A stretch of DNA of 64,000 nt from Podarcis gaigeae (lineage: Eukaryota), in NCBI GenBank assembly GCA_964106915.2, contig OZ066920.1; one strand, given 5' to 3'. Positions 24,220-36,723 of this stretch are shown piece after piece (positions within the stretch are counted from its first letter, which is position 1; each line of letters starts with the position of its first letter). The position numbers were made by a program, and so were the translations under genes. The notes under the pieces were generated by a model. That model saw only the letters and a program-made list of their open reading frames with translations, did no database searches and was not told where the DNA came from.

Positions 24220-26631
24220 CTGTATATTGGCTGAATCCCCATTACTGTTTGCAATCTCTTCAGCAATGAGAAAGGGATCATTTATCTCACAGGGCTGGTG
24301 ACTGGTCATAGTATTGGAAATATTTCCCTTGGGAAATCCGAAATTGCTCTTCCTAGAGTCTGTAGTGAGAGAAACCTCCTGGCAGTAGGAGTGCAGAAAT
24401 GCTCGGACTCCGTCAATCCCCACAAACTGGGAAACTGGAACTCCACTAAACTTCTCAGTTCCAGACTGTGAATATCTCCACCTATGAAGTTTAACTGCCA
24501 GTAACACAAGGAGGAAGATGAAGAACAAGCAGGAGACAAAAGCCACTGCAAGGACCAGGTAGAAAGTGAGGTCAGACGGAGGCTCTACAGGAGCTGAGAT
24601 GCTGCTCAGGTCTGAGAGGATTGCAGGGATGGTGTCAGCCAGCACTACAGTGAGAGTGGCTGAAGCAGAGAGAGGTGGCTGCCCATTGTCCTTCACTAAA
24701 ACCACCAGGCTTTGCTTGAGGGCATCTTTCTCCAGAAAGAAGCGGGCTGTCCTGATCTCTCCCGTGTGGAGCCCCAGAGTGAAGAGCCCTGGCTCGGTGG
24801 CCTTGATCAGCTGGTAGGAGAGCCAGGCATTCTGGCCAGAGTCCGCATCCACAGCCACCACCTTAGTGACCAGGTAGCCTGGCTCAGAGGAGTGAGGGGC
24901 CAGCTCTATCCCCGTGGAGCCGTCGGTGGGAGGGGAGGGGTACAGGATTTGGGGAGCATTGTCATTCTGGTCCAGGATGAAGAGAGTGACTGAGATGCTG
25001 GAGCTGAGTGGTGGAGAACCTCCGTCCTGAGCCTTGACCAGGAACTTAATCTCCTTCATCTCTTCATAATCAAAAGAGATCAGGCCATAGACAATCCCAG
25101 TCTCAGAGTTAATGGAGAGGAAGGAAGATACTGGGGAGTCACTGATGTTGTGCTCAATGATGGAATAAGTGACTCTGGAGTTCTCTCCACAGTCTGGATC
25201 ATCGGCCTTCAGGGAAAATATGGAGGCCCCTCTTGGGTTGTTCTCCATTAAATAAGAATTATAAATGGATTGCAGGAAGTGTGGAGGGTTGTCGTTTGTG
25301 TCTAAAATCTCAAGTGGAATAACAATTGATGTTGAAAGTGGAGGGGCTCCATGATCCGTGACTGTGACAGTGATGTTGTAGGCTGCCACCTGCTCTCTGT
25401 CCAGGGCTCTTGCTGTCACCAAACTGTAGTAGTTGCCATAGGCTTTTGTCAGTAGAAAGGGGAGGTTGCTGGGGATAGAGCATGTGACTTCTGCATTCTC
25501 TGCCGAATCCTCATCTTGCACATTCAAAAGGGCTATTGCAGTCGCTGGTGGAGAGTTTTCAGGGATGGAGCTGATAAGTGAAGTTATTTCCAGTTTGGGT
25601 GCATTGTCATTTACATCAGTAACAAATACTATGACAGTTGAAGTGTCAAATAGACCTCCACTATCATGGACTTGGACCTCCATTTCATAAAGAGCAGAGT
25701 CTTCGTAGTCTAAGCTTCCTATGAGAGTTATCTCACCTGTGTGTGTATCTAAGTGAAATATCTGGGAAATCTTTTCTGTCATTTTTGCAAATAAAAATGT
25801 CATTTCTTTGTTGGTCCCTTCATCCAAATCAGTAGCTTTTAATGTAACCACAATGGTTCCTATAGGTAAATCCTCCCTTGCGCTCACTTCATAAATGCGT
25901 TGGCTAAAAATTGGTGCATTGTCATTCACATCCAGGACTGTAATGTGCAGCTGTGCAGTGCCACTCCTGACTGGATCACCACCATCATATGCGGTGATGA
26001 TAAGATTATGAACTGCTTCTTTTTCATGGTCCAGAGGTCTTTCCAACACAATTTTTCCATATTGTTTGCCCTTAACTGATGTTTGGAGAATCAAAGAAAA
26101 ATGGCTATTGTTGCTGAGTTTGTAGCCCTGTAGAGAATTGTTTCCTAAATCAGGATCTTGAGCTTCCAAGAGGGGAAACTGGGACCCCAAAGCTGCATTC
26201 TCGCTGATATTTATCACTAGTTTCTCTGACGGGAAGGTGGGTGCATGGTCATTGATATCTGTGACTTCCACTTCAACTCCATAAATTTTCATTGAATCTT
26301 CAACTATAATCTCAAAATTCAAAATGCATTTCTCTTCCTGACCACAGATCTCCTCTCTGTCTATTCTCTTTGTGGTGTGCAAATGGCCACTCTTATAATT
26401 CAAAGCAAAATACTGAGTCCTACCTGGGGAAACAATGCGAATTCCACGATCTGAGAGCTCCTTTGCATCCAGTCCAAGACCCCTCGCAATATCCCCCACC
26501 AAAAAGCCTCTCTCCGTTTCTTCAGGAATGGAGTACTGGATCTGTCTGGTGATGGCTTGGCAGATGTTAGCAAATAGAAATAAAAAGAAAACTCTCCTTT
26601 TGCAAGCTTGAGGATGCTTTGCTGTTGCCAT
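24220..26631 (-). CDS. Protocadherin gamma-A-like variable exon 4
   Basis: ORF 24169..26724 starts at a TTG; first ATG is 26631 (MATAKHPQ...[13 protein letters not shown]). Donor CAG|GTGAAG at 24220/24219. Gamma-A hallmarks: [19 protein letters not shown] and tail [29 protein letters not shown]. Confidence 0.95.
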
Positions 26632-26817
26632 TCCTGGTCTGATATGAAGCTGTTGAGGAGATCTGTGTTTCAGGATGACGGAGTGTTGCCAGAAAGGGAC
26701 TTGCAGCTGAGATTCCCAACGCAAAAATGTTCACTGAAACTCTGATCTCTCAGCATTTTCTGAGCTGAGCTGCTCATCTGGGAAGGCTGAATTTCTCCGT
26801 GTATTTCTTAGCCTTGG

Positions 26818-26858
26818 TTGGTCAACAGCGACACTCAGAGTCACAGCCAGGAACTGCA
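26818..26858 (-). promoter_or_regulatory. CSE / CTCF site, exon 4
   Basis: TGCAGTTCCT..GACTCTGAGTGTCGCTGTTGACCAA; CGCT intact. Confidence 0.85.
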
Positions 26859-26904
26859 CACACTACATTTTTTTGTTTCGATTCTCATTGTATATCCAAC
26901 TCCA

Positions 26905-26946
<42 letters not shown>

Positions 26947-27070
26947 GAGAAATATTTAAATACAATGCACAAATTAATTACTAACCCATTTTATCACTAA
27001 ATGTCATGCTTGTGTTTCCTTGCTCTATCAATTTAATGGATTTATTTGTGTCAATACACAAGACATATAA

Positions 27071-27188
27071 TAGGATCACAGATTTTGAAGGTGATCTAGT
27101 CCAATCCCCTGCAATTCAGGAATCTTTTTGTCCCACATGGGGCTCAAACCCACATTAAGAGTCTCATACTCTACTGACTGAGGTATCC
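27071..27188 (-). mobile_element. tRNA-Lys-derived SINE with CR1-like tail
   Basis: Minus strand CTCAGTCAGTAGAGTATGAGACTCTTAAT..GTGGGTTTGAGCCCCA then TTGCAGGGGATTGGACTAGATCACC. Confidence 0.7.
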
Positions 27189-28115
27189 CACATAAGCGGG
27201 AATGCTGCTGATGTGCACACTGTTTCACAGATAAACAAAACCAAGTGAGTATTTATTTTAATTTATCATGAAACACCAAGTTATCCTTTGTAAGCGTAGA
27301 AGTGGATTCTTATTTGCTAGAAAAGGAGAGAACCCCAAAAACCAACAAGTCAGTTAAACCTCCCTTGGTAAGATTAAGTTTTCTACATAGGTATGTAATG
27401 GGCAACTCCACAGTTATCGCATAAACAAGTAAGGAAATTTGTACATAGGAATCCTAATGTTAGATGAAAGTCATGAAAATCTTATGTTTCCATGCATTTT
27501 CCCTAGCTCTTGGAACATTGACTCCTAAATATATATAGTATTTTAAAAACATTTTTACTGGAAATATGTGTGTCTTTTCAAGGCTTAATACATCACAGCA
27601 TCTACTAGGAATTCCTCACAAAACATTATGAGGGGAGGGAACTTGTAAAATAATTTCAAAGTAAAACATTCTAAAACTTTTTTATATGAAAAAGGCAAAC
27701 TAAGGGATGCTTAATTAAACATTTTCTGAAAATTTATTTATTATAATTATTTTCTGCAGCAGAGGGGCTGGAATAATTCTTTTTTGAATCTTTCCTAAGT
27801 TGTTAGATGTCTGTCAATCAGCATTTATGGAATGCATGTATCCAGAACAGTTCTTCTCGGTCCCTAGTAGGAATCTGGCTACTCCAAGAGTTCTCCTGTA
27901 AATGCAAACTACACATGGTCCAGCTCTTTTGCGCCACAGCATCACAATGCTGACTCATATAACAGTATTCATCTAGGGTCTGCTCCCTCTGTCTTTCAGA
28001 AGTGCTATTTTCTGTGCTTTTGATTATAGTTTCCTTACAAGTCCTTACAGTTGAATCTTTACAATCTGCCAAATTCTGGAGGTAAGGAACATTTTCAGAG
28101 AATCCCATGCACCCA

Positions 28116-28179
28116 CCTTCCTTCCTTCCTTCCTTCCTTCCTTCCTTCCTTCCTTCCTTCCTTCCTTCCTTCCTTCCTT
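28116..28179. repeat. (TTCC)n microsatellite
   Basis: Direct reading. Confidence 0.98.
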
Positions 28180-28548
28180 TTTTTCTTCCTTTCTGTTTAC
28201 TGAGAGTACAATAAGCAGCAATGTTAAGATCTCTCCCGCTTCTACTTAGGCAGTGGTGAGTCATAAAAATCTGTTCACTGGTATTAGTTCCATAGCAGAC
28301 CCTGCCTCCTGCCTCCTACTTGCTGGTGCCATGCAGAGCTCCTTCTGCAGCATTTGCTCCCCTGTGGCCGGAGCAGGATCTAACCACCAATGCAGGAACA
28401 ATTACAGTAATTGCTCTACCAGCGCTTGGCATGGTATTGGATCCAACAGCGTGAAATAGGTTTGTTGGACACCATAGGCTGTGTACACGTAGCCTCTAAA
28501 ATGCACAGGGGAAATCCCCCCTTCACTTTGTACGTAGTTGTTTGCACC

Positions 28549-28549
<1 letters not shown>

Positions 28550-28579
<30 letters not shown>

Positions 28580-28627
28580 CTTCTTCTTCTTCTTCTTCTT
28601 CTTCTTCTTCTTCTTCTTCTTCTTCTT
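28550..28627. repeat. (TTC)n / (GAA)n microsatellite
   Basis: Direct reading; source of the spurious poly-S and poly-E ORFs. Confidence 0.98.
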
Positions 28628-29704
28628 TACTAAGAGAGGTGAAGGAACTCCCAAAGTTGTCAAGCTTCTTTTTGGGAGCCGTCAAAAACACACACCACAT
28701 CAACTACCTTAAAAAGAGCCCAAAACTCTCACCACGCCAAGTCCCAATCCATCCCAGGTCTGCCGGAACGCTCAGGAGAGGTGCTACTGAAAAAAAGACC
28801 TGGTTGTTTGCAATTTCACACACCTTTGTGCAATAACATCATCAAAAGTAGCAGCTACTCTCTGTATTGTCTGTACACAGGTGGGCATGTTTTCAAACTA
28901 GTGTGTAATGAAGTTCTGTGTTCCCCTCCCCATCAGTACTTCCTATTTTCACATACCTTTTAAAAAGCACATATTTTTCAGTCTTTTGAGAGGGGGTTGG
29001 AAACTGATGTGTTGATATACATATACATATACATATGTTTATGGAGAGAGCTAAGTTGCTGTACTGCTCCGTTTTTGTTTTTGCCTCTTTCATTCACAGA
29101 CAGGTTAAACAAGGTGAGGAGCAGTGGCACAGCCATGCAACACCAGTAGATCTGCTCCAATAGGAGGTGACCTAAGAAAGCATTCTTGGTCTACACATGC
29201 ATGCAACAAGTGCTTGAGAAGTACAATCTTGGCACAAAACAGATTATATCCATTCCAGAAGGATACACCTAAAATGACAAATAGTGTGGGACAGGGCTGA
29301 CATCGGGATGACGTGTGCACAGCACCCCCAAAAGGTGTATCTGAATCCGGCACTGAATGCACATTATCATGCAGTTTGTACACACCATTACCGGTATATT
29401 TGAACTCATTTGCTCTAGATGAAGGAGGATGTCAAAGTACTGCCAGATTAGAGACTTTGGCAATTAAGTTGTATATGAAAAATACATTAAATAAAAAGAT
29501 TGTGATAATTACATTACGATGGTCAGGAACTGAGAGCAACAGAAAGACAAAGTAAGAGAGTGATACAAGAAATCAAGATTTCTAATTCATAAGGATTTTA
29601 TGATACTTTAGAGGTTTCCTTGGAAAATAACAGAAGTAGTTTGATTTTGATTTGTCCACATTAATGCTAATAGCCCCTATTATTGTTCTGTATAATAGCC
29701 CACA

Positions 29705-30060
29705 TGGAGGAGGAGACTCTTGAGAGTCCCATGGACTGCAAGAAGATCAAACCTATCCATTCTTAAGGAAATCAGCCCTGAGTGCTCACTGGAAGGACAG
29801 ATCGTGAAGCTGAGGCTCCAATACTTTGGCCACTTCATGAGAAGAGAAGACTCCCTGGAAAAGTCCCTGATGTTGGGAAAGATGGAGGGCACAAGGAGAA
29901 GGGGACGACAGAGGATGAGATGGTTGGATGGTGTTCTTGAAGCTACCAGCATGAGTTTGACCAAACTGCGGGAGGCAGTGGAAGACAGGAGTGCCTGGCG
30001 TGCTCTGGTCCATGGGGTCACGAAGAGTTGGACACGACTAAACAACTAAACAACAACAAC
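29705..30060 (+). mobile_element. BovB (RTE) LINE, 5'-truncated
   Basis: Same 3' sequence as the 22.6k copy; TSD ATAATAGCCCACA at 29692-29704 and 30061-30073. Confidence 0.93.
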
Positions 30061-30177
30061 ATAATAGCCCACAAGATGCAATTTTCCCCAATTAATTAAT
30101 TTCATTAAGTTTTCATCTTACGGTCTGTCCCACAACACCACACAGCAGACCCATGCACAGAATTCCATTCCATAAAA

Positions 30178-31000
30178 ACATAAGAACAGTCCTACTGAAT
30201 CAAACCAATGGCCTATCCAGTCAAGCATCCTGTCTCCCACAGTGGCTGGCCAGATTCCTCTCAGAAGCTCCATTCTTGGACCACAGCAACTAAAATCAGG
30301 GGCACAATGCCTCTGGGACTAGAGGTAATATTGCCACCATGACTACAAACCAGTGATGGCTTTATCCACCATAAATTTCTTTATTAAATTTACATCTTGC
30401 CATTTTTCCTGTAGGAGCCCTCATATGATCTAATTCTCCTTAAAGCCACCAAGTTGGGGGTGATCACTGCATCTTGTAGTAGCAAATTCCATAGCTGAAC
30501 TATAAGGTGAACTATAACTTACATTGTTATAAAGAACAAAGAAACATAACATAAGAAGAAGCCTGCAATATTGGCCCAAAGGTGGGGCTTGTCCAGCACT
30601 CATGGAGGCCACCGGAAGCCCATGAGAAGCCCCCAAGCAGAACATGAGCACAACAGCACTGCCACCACCTGTGATTCCATGAACCTCATACTCACAGGCA
30701 TATAGCCTCTGGCAGTGGAGGCAGAACCTAGATATCATGGTTAGTAGCCATGGAATTTGTGTAAATTGCTTTTAAAGCCATTCAGGCTGTGGGCTATCAC
30801 AGCCTCTTGTTAGTTATGAGAGAGAAAAAACTTTTCTATTTCTGCATATTCCACACTATGCTGAAATCTATGCCTCTCAATTATGTCCTTCCTTATTTGC
30901 CTTTTCTCCCCTAAACTTAAAAATAAAAAATGTCATAACCTTTTTTCATAGGGGAATTACTCCACCCACCTGTCATTGTGCTTGCTCTTTCCTGAACATT
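30178..31000 (-). mobile_element. Old CR1 3' fragments (nested or fragmented)
   Basis: ACATAAGAACAGTCCTACTGAATCAAACCAATGGCC and CATAAGAAGAAGCCTGC CR1-tail motifs. Confidence 0.55.
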
Positions 31001-31221
31001 CTTCAGTTTTATTTTCAATTCCTTTCCTAACAATTTCTACCATGGTTTTGTCACCGCTGATGACAAAATATGTGAAAAAAAGATTTCTTTGCACTTTCTT
31101 ACATGGGGTCTTACATTGAATTGCTGTTACTTTATTATTGATATCTACATTAGTATGGAAAACTCAAATTCACCGCACTCTTCCATTTCATTCATAATTA
31201 CTAGAAGTTAAACCATAACAA

Positions 31222-31580
31222 CAGGGACGCGGGTGACACTGTGGGTTAAACCACAGAGCCTAGGACTTGCCGATCAGAAGGTCGGTGGTTTGAATCCCCG
31301 CGACGGGGTGAGTTCCTGTTGCTCGGTCTCAGCTCCTGCCAACCTAGCAGTTTGAAAGCACGTCAAAGTGTAAGTAGATAAATAGGTACCGCTCCTGCGG
31401 GAAGGTAAACAGCGTTTCCGTGTGCTGCTATGGTTCGCCAGAAGTGGCTTAGTCCTGCTGGCCACATGACCCGGAAGCTTTATGCTAGCTCCCTTGGCCA
31501 GTAAAGTGAGATGAGCGCCGCAACCCCAGAGTCGGCCACGACTGGACCAAATGGTCAGGGGTCCCTTTACCTTTACCTTT
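31222..31580 (+). mobile_element. Sauria SINE, full length
   Basis: GGGACGCGGGTG.. head with pol III boxes, (ACCTTT)n tail, TSD TTAAACCATAACAA at 31208-31221 and 31579-31592. Confidence 0.92.
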
Positions 31581-31970
31581 AAACCATAACAAGATCAAGA
31601 CTCACCTGAACATAATTTTCAGCTACAGCATTGAAAATGCCCCTGCCATTGCAACTTGAAGGCTTGTAAAAAAAATTCTCTACATTCTGAACAGCAGGTT
31701 CTAGTAATATAATTTCATGTTTTTCTAGTTCTCTCATGTACTAAATCAGGTAGGTAAGAGGACGGCAAGCTAAAAATATTAGTTTTACTCAGTGCAATTT
31801 GTTTAGGCAAAGAGGTGCCTACTTTGTTCTCATATAATGGCAAAAGTGCCTACCTGAGAGGGGCCAGAACTGAGTGCTGGTGCATTCTGACAGAAAGACA
31901 GGATTGGTTTTATTCCTACAAGGAGCAAGCCTGGGCTGCCAACATCACAGTTTCTGAAAGCAAAGCTTAC

Positions 31971-34400
31971 CTGCTCACCAACCTCCTCTTTGGCATTGAC
32001 ATCCCCACAGTTGCCATCCACAAGAACCACCTGAGAGCTATCATTGCATAGCAAGTTTTCTGCCACCTGGATATGGGGTTTGGGGAAAGAGATCTGCTCT
32101 TTCCTCATATCTGACGATAGGCAGAGTTGGTAGGAATAAGGTAACGTTCCTTCTTCATAGTTTGGTGGAAATATGACCTGCGCCTTAGAAAAAGCATTAG
32201 GTTCGAAGCATTGGGATAATTTGGGATTTCCTGATTGTCGAAGTTTCATGACAATGACCAGTATCACCGTCAGGAGGAACAAAAATGAGATCAATGCCAA
32301 AGCCAGCACCAAGTAAAACTGGAGGTCAGAATGATGCTCTGTGTCACTGGATTGCCTAGTCATTTCTGGAAGTGCCTCTTGGAAGTTCTCAGCAACCACG
32401 AGGTTGAGAACCACAGTAGCTGAGCGTGGAGCCTTCCCATTGTCCTTCACCAAGATGACCAGCTTCTGTTTCACAGCATCTTTCTCCAGAAGGGCTCGTG
32501 ACGTCCTGATCTCTCCCGTGTGGGTCCCAATGGTGAAAAGGGCCGGCTCTGTGGCCTGCAGCACTTGGTAGGAGAGCCAGGCATTGTGCCCAGAGTCCGC
32601 GTCCACAGCCACCACTTTGGTCACTAGGTAGCCTGGCTCTGCCGAGTGAGGAACCATCTCAAACAAGGCAGAGCCCTCAGCGCCCGGGACAGGATAGAGA
32701 ACACGAGGGCTGTTATCGTTCTGATCTAAAATGTACACCCACACGGTGGCATTGTTGCTGAGAGAGGGAGAGCCACCATCTTGGGCCTTCACTTGGATCT
32801 GAAACTCCCTGAATTGCTCATAGTCAAAGGAGCGCTGTGCATAGATAGTTCCCATCTCAGAGTTGATGGAGACGTAAGAGGAGAGAGGCAGCTCCTCCAT
32901 GTTGCTGTTGAGGATGGAGTAAGTGATACGTGAGTTGCGGTCCAGGTCCGGGTCCGAGGCTTTGATGGAGAAAATGGAGGCACCTGAGGGATTGTTTTCT
33001 GGTACAAAGACACTGTAGGTTGGTTTTTCAAAGGCAGGGGGGTTGTCATTGATGTCTGAAATCTGCAGGGAGATGGTTTTGTTGGAGGAGAGAGGGGGGC
33101 TACCTTTGTCGGTGGCTGTGATTGTGATGTTGTATCCTGAGGCTTTTTCTCTGTCCAAAGGACTGTCTGTAAGGATTTTGTAGTAGTTCTTAGATACAGA
33201 CTCTATTTTAAATGGTACGTTACCTTGTAGATGGCATGTAATTTTTCCATTTTCTCCAGAATCTTTATCCTTTACGTTGATGAGAGCTATTACTGTTCCA
33301 GAAACAGAGTCTTCAGGAATTGGGCTAGATAAGGAGGCAAGAATGACCTCTGGAGCATTGTCATTCTCATCTATAATCTTGATATCAACATTACAATGAG
33401 CCACTAATCCACCTCCATCTCTTGCTTCAACGGTCATAGTGTACTTCTCTGTTTCCTCAAAGTCAAGAGCTTCCTTAATTGTAATTGTTCCACTTTGTGG
33501 ATCTAGTTCAAATATTTGGTGGGCTGTTTCTGGGATGTTATTAAAAATATAACTAATATGTGCATTTAGACCTTCATCCCTATCAGAGGCTTTTACTTGC
33601 AGTATTGGGGACCCCACGGGGGAATTTTCCCTCAGGCTAACTGTATAAACCTCTTGAGTGAAGACTGGTGGGTTGTCATTGGCATCTGTGACATTAATCC
33701 ATATCTGGGCAGTCCCAGTTTTTCTAGGTTCACCCCCATCCAGGGCCGTAAGGATCAACTGAAGGGAGTGATCACTTTCCCGATCCAAAGGTTTCTGCAA
33801 CATCAATTCTGCATATTTATGGCCATCTTCTCTCTGTCGAATCTCTACAGTGAAATAGTGATTTGAACCTAGCTGGTAATTTTGGAGAGAATTAATCCCA
33901 ATATCAGGATCTTGAGCTTTCCCAAGAAGAAATTTGGCACCTGGCAATGTGGATTCAATTATTTGAAGCCCAATATTGCCCTTTATGAATTGTGGGGCAT
34001 TATCATTAATGTCCTGAATTGCTACACTTACATGGAAAACATTCAATGGCTTTTCCACCACAGCTTCAAAATCAATAATGCAGTGTGTGCTCTCTCTACA
34101 CATTCCCTCACGATCTATCCTCTCATTCACATACAGGTTTCCATTTTCAGCATTGATAGTGAAATATGGCTTTTTACCTTCAGAAATGATATGCAGGTTT
34201 CTATTCCTCAGTTCTCTGGCATTTAGTCCCAGATCCTTGGCAAGATTTCCCACCAAAGATCCCTTTGCCATCTCCTCAGGGATGGAATAGTTAACCTCTT
34301 CCAAAACTGCTCCACAGAACAAAGATGAAAATATCAGAAGTGTTATATACCTTCCTCGTGTTTGAAAGCTCTCTCCAGGCAGGATTCCTCTTCTCTTCAT
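31971..34400 (-). CDS. Protocadherin gamma-B-like variable exon 5 (subfamily X)
   Basis: ORF 31830..34424 starts at a GTG; first ATG is 34400 ([11 protein letters not shown]). Donor CAG|GTAAGC at 31971/31970. Confidence 0.95.
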
Positions 34401-34648
34401 TTTCCTCTTCTGTTTGATGAGCACAGGATTTCAGATTTCCACCAAGACAGGATATATATATATATATTTGCACTGAAAAAAAAAGAACTGGATCCTTTGG
34501 TTTAATTAGTATATGCTGCAGTGTTTTCTGTTTTCCAGCTGAAACGCTTGCTCCAGTGTCTGCTGGTATTCCCGATGTGCAGTTTGGGACAAAGAGATCT
34601 CTCTGCAGAAAGCATCAGTGGAACTTCAGCTGCCCTTGGATTGCCGTC

Positions 34649-34690
34649 TTGTCCAACAGTGACACTGTGAGTCTGAAGCAGAGAACTGCA
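34649..34690 (-). promoter_or_regulatory. CSE / CTCF site, exon 5 (CpG-less variant)
   Basis: TGCAGTTCTC..GACTCACAGTGTCACTGTTGGACAA; CACT in place of CGCT. Confidence 0.75.
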
Positions 34691-35094
34691 ATCTTTTCCC
34701 AGTGATTTTTCTTCATGGTGGTATTTATATTTAATGACTCAAACTATATTCTGATACAGGATATGTGAACCCTCTTCTGTTATAAAGCAGAAATATTTGT
34801 GTTTTGTTTGTGTTATCTTTTCACTAGTATTACAGGTAAGAAAAAAAATCAACTCCAAAGGAGTATTTGCAATAAAGAACAAGCAATAAAAACATAGTAT
34901 AGATTCATTTCCTCAATTTAAAGCACTTACAATTTTTACCAAGAATATCAATCTGTAAACCTCTCTAAGAGAAAAATTGAATTTCTCTAGTGGATTTCTC
35001 TATGAAGTGTTACGGTGTATAAAGAAAAAAGACGATGGGAGAATTGAGGAAATTATTTTATTCAAGGTTTTAAAAGCCTCCAAGGAAGGAGAGA

Positions 35095-35210
35095 TAGAAT
35101 GATGGAATCTTAGAGTTGAAAGGGACCCCAGGGGTCATCTAGTCCAACCCCCGGCAATGCAGGAATCTCAGTTAAAGCATCCATGGCAGATGGACATCCA
35201 ACCTCTGTTT
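35095..35210 (-). mobile_element. CR1 LINE 3' end
   Basis: ATAGAAT..GAGTTGAAAGGGACCCCAGGGGTCATCTAGTCCAACCCC motif. Confidence 0.75.
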
Positions 35211-36036
35211 ATAAATTGAATTAAGTGCAATTCAAGTGTTCAATGTGCTTTAAGTGTCTTCAGCTGGTGTAGTGTAAGAAACAGAATAGTAATGCAGTTT
35301 ATGTCCTGCATTTGGCATGAACTCAGCAGGTTCCTTTAAGTAAGCCACACTTCCCTCAAGGCTCTTCTGCAGTATGGGAATAATTGCACTAATACTATAT
35401 AATATTATACATTATAAGTATTTTAACCCGGGAGGTAATGTAGCTGTTCTGACAAATCCTGGATATTTGAGGAACTTTACTCAGCTTTAGCTCCAGACTT
35501 AGCCTGCAATCTTTTGCACTGCGCTGGTGGTGGTGATAGGGTTTGGATTGGTTGGAGCTGTTCCTCAGCCAAGCCCTACTGGCCTCTACCCACAGGGGGT
35601 CACTCTGCTGGGGCAGAATTGCCTGTTCCCTCTGCCAAATGTATGCTTGGTTAGAAGTCATGCCAGTGGGATCTCCACTCATGACAGCTGATGAAAAATT
35701 CTGAAAGGGGCAAGGACAGGGAGAGACAGGAGCCAGTCCCACTACTGTCCTGGGATGGCAATGGACCTGATGTGGGTCTAAGTGAGGTGCCCCTCCACCT
35801 TCTGCCCAGACCAGCAGCAATGCTGCCGATGTGACAGTGGTCTCTTTGCTCTGTTATGCCTCACGACACCCAAGCCAGGATTTGGATAGCAGCCTTAGTC
35901 ATGGCTATAGCTGAACCACAAAAATCAATGTGGTTTAACTCAGTAATAGCTAACTTGTCAAGTTGATTTCAATGCTTCGGCTCTATGTATGGCCAAGTCT
36001 GGATTCAGCCCACTATATACATAACCCTAAATAATA

Positions 36037-36220
36037 TTTGCTTTCGTAGATTTTCACGGGTACAGGAATGCAGGTTTTGGTGTCCTCGGGTGTCTTCCCG
36101 TGTAAAAGTTGGGGTAGCCGAAAGCACCAGCCTGAAGATGACGAGTGAGACCTCGTCGAAACGTCGCCTAGACACCCCAACTTTTACACGGGAAGACACC
36201 CGAGGACACCAAAACCTGCA
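36037..36220. mobile_element. Penelope-like element terminal fragment with perfect 47-bp inverted repeat
   Basis: Arms 36069-36115 and 36174-36220; TSD AACCCTAAATAATA at 36023-36036 and 36220-36233. Confidence 0.8.
36126..36172 (+). ncRNA. Minimal hammerhead ribozyme motif (PLE-associated)
   Basis: CUGAAGA (36132-36138), U, stem II GACGAG/CUCGUC, GAAA (36158-36161), CGUC. Stems I and III are weak or minimal. Confidence 0.6.
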
Positions 36221-36253
36221 ACCCTAAATAATACATATACCTTCCAAGATAGC

Positions 36254-36311
36254 CACAATTCAGATTTCTTCAGCAAAAGCAGCACAATTCAGATTTCTTC
36301 AGCAAAAGCAG
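36254..36311. repeat. Perfect 29-bp tandem duplication
   Basis: CACAATTCAGATTTCTTCAGCAAAAGCAG x2. Confidence 0.95.
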
Positions 36312-36723
36312 CCTCTAAGCAGTTTACAACTATAAAATAAATATGATCAACTAGTTGCGCATAAAGGGCATTAATGTATCTCCAGCTAAATAACCAATAT
36401 CCACGCTCTACTCTAGAAGACCACTGCCAATTAGTCTTGACCTGGTGGTGGATTTTATATCACACATACTGAAACATGATTGATCTACACAATACAGGAA
36501 AAAGAAAAAAAAGTGTGGTCTGTGTTTGCTTCCACACCCCAGCATGAAGCCAGACACAGTTAATGGATTTGACTATGTGCCACAACTTATTTACTTACAA
36601 GTCTGATCTACATATGATTAAATAATACTACTTCTACAACCTCAGTGATGACATACTTAATGCCAAGATGGAGGCTAGGAACTGTCTTTTCTGCCAAACA
36701 CATTAAGCAGTTGTCGCCATTCT

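Noticed and set aside
27130-27188. tRNA-Lys gene
   Set aside because: Internally deleted and fused to a CR1-like tail; a SINE head, not a tRNA.
27818-28836. Poly-S, poly-E and (GRKE)n ORFs
   Set aside because: Translations of the (TTC)n and (TTCC)n microsatellites.
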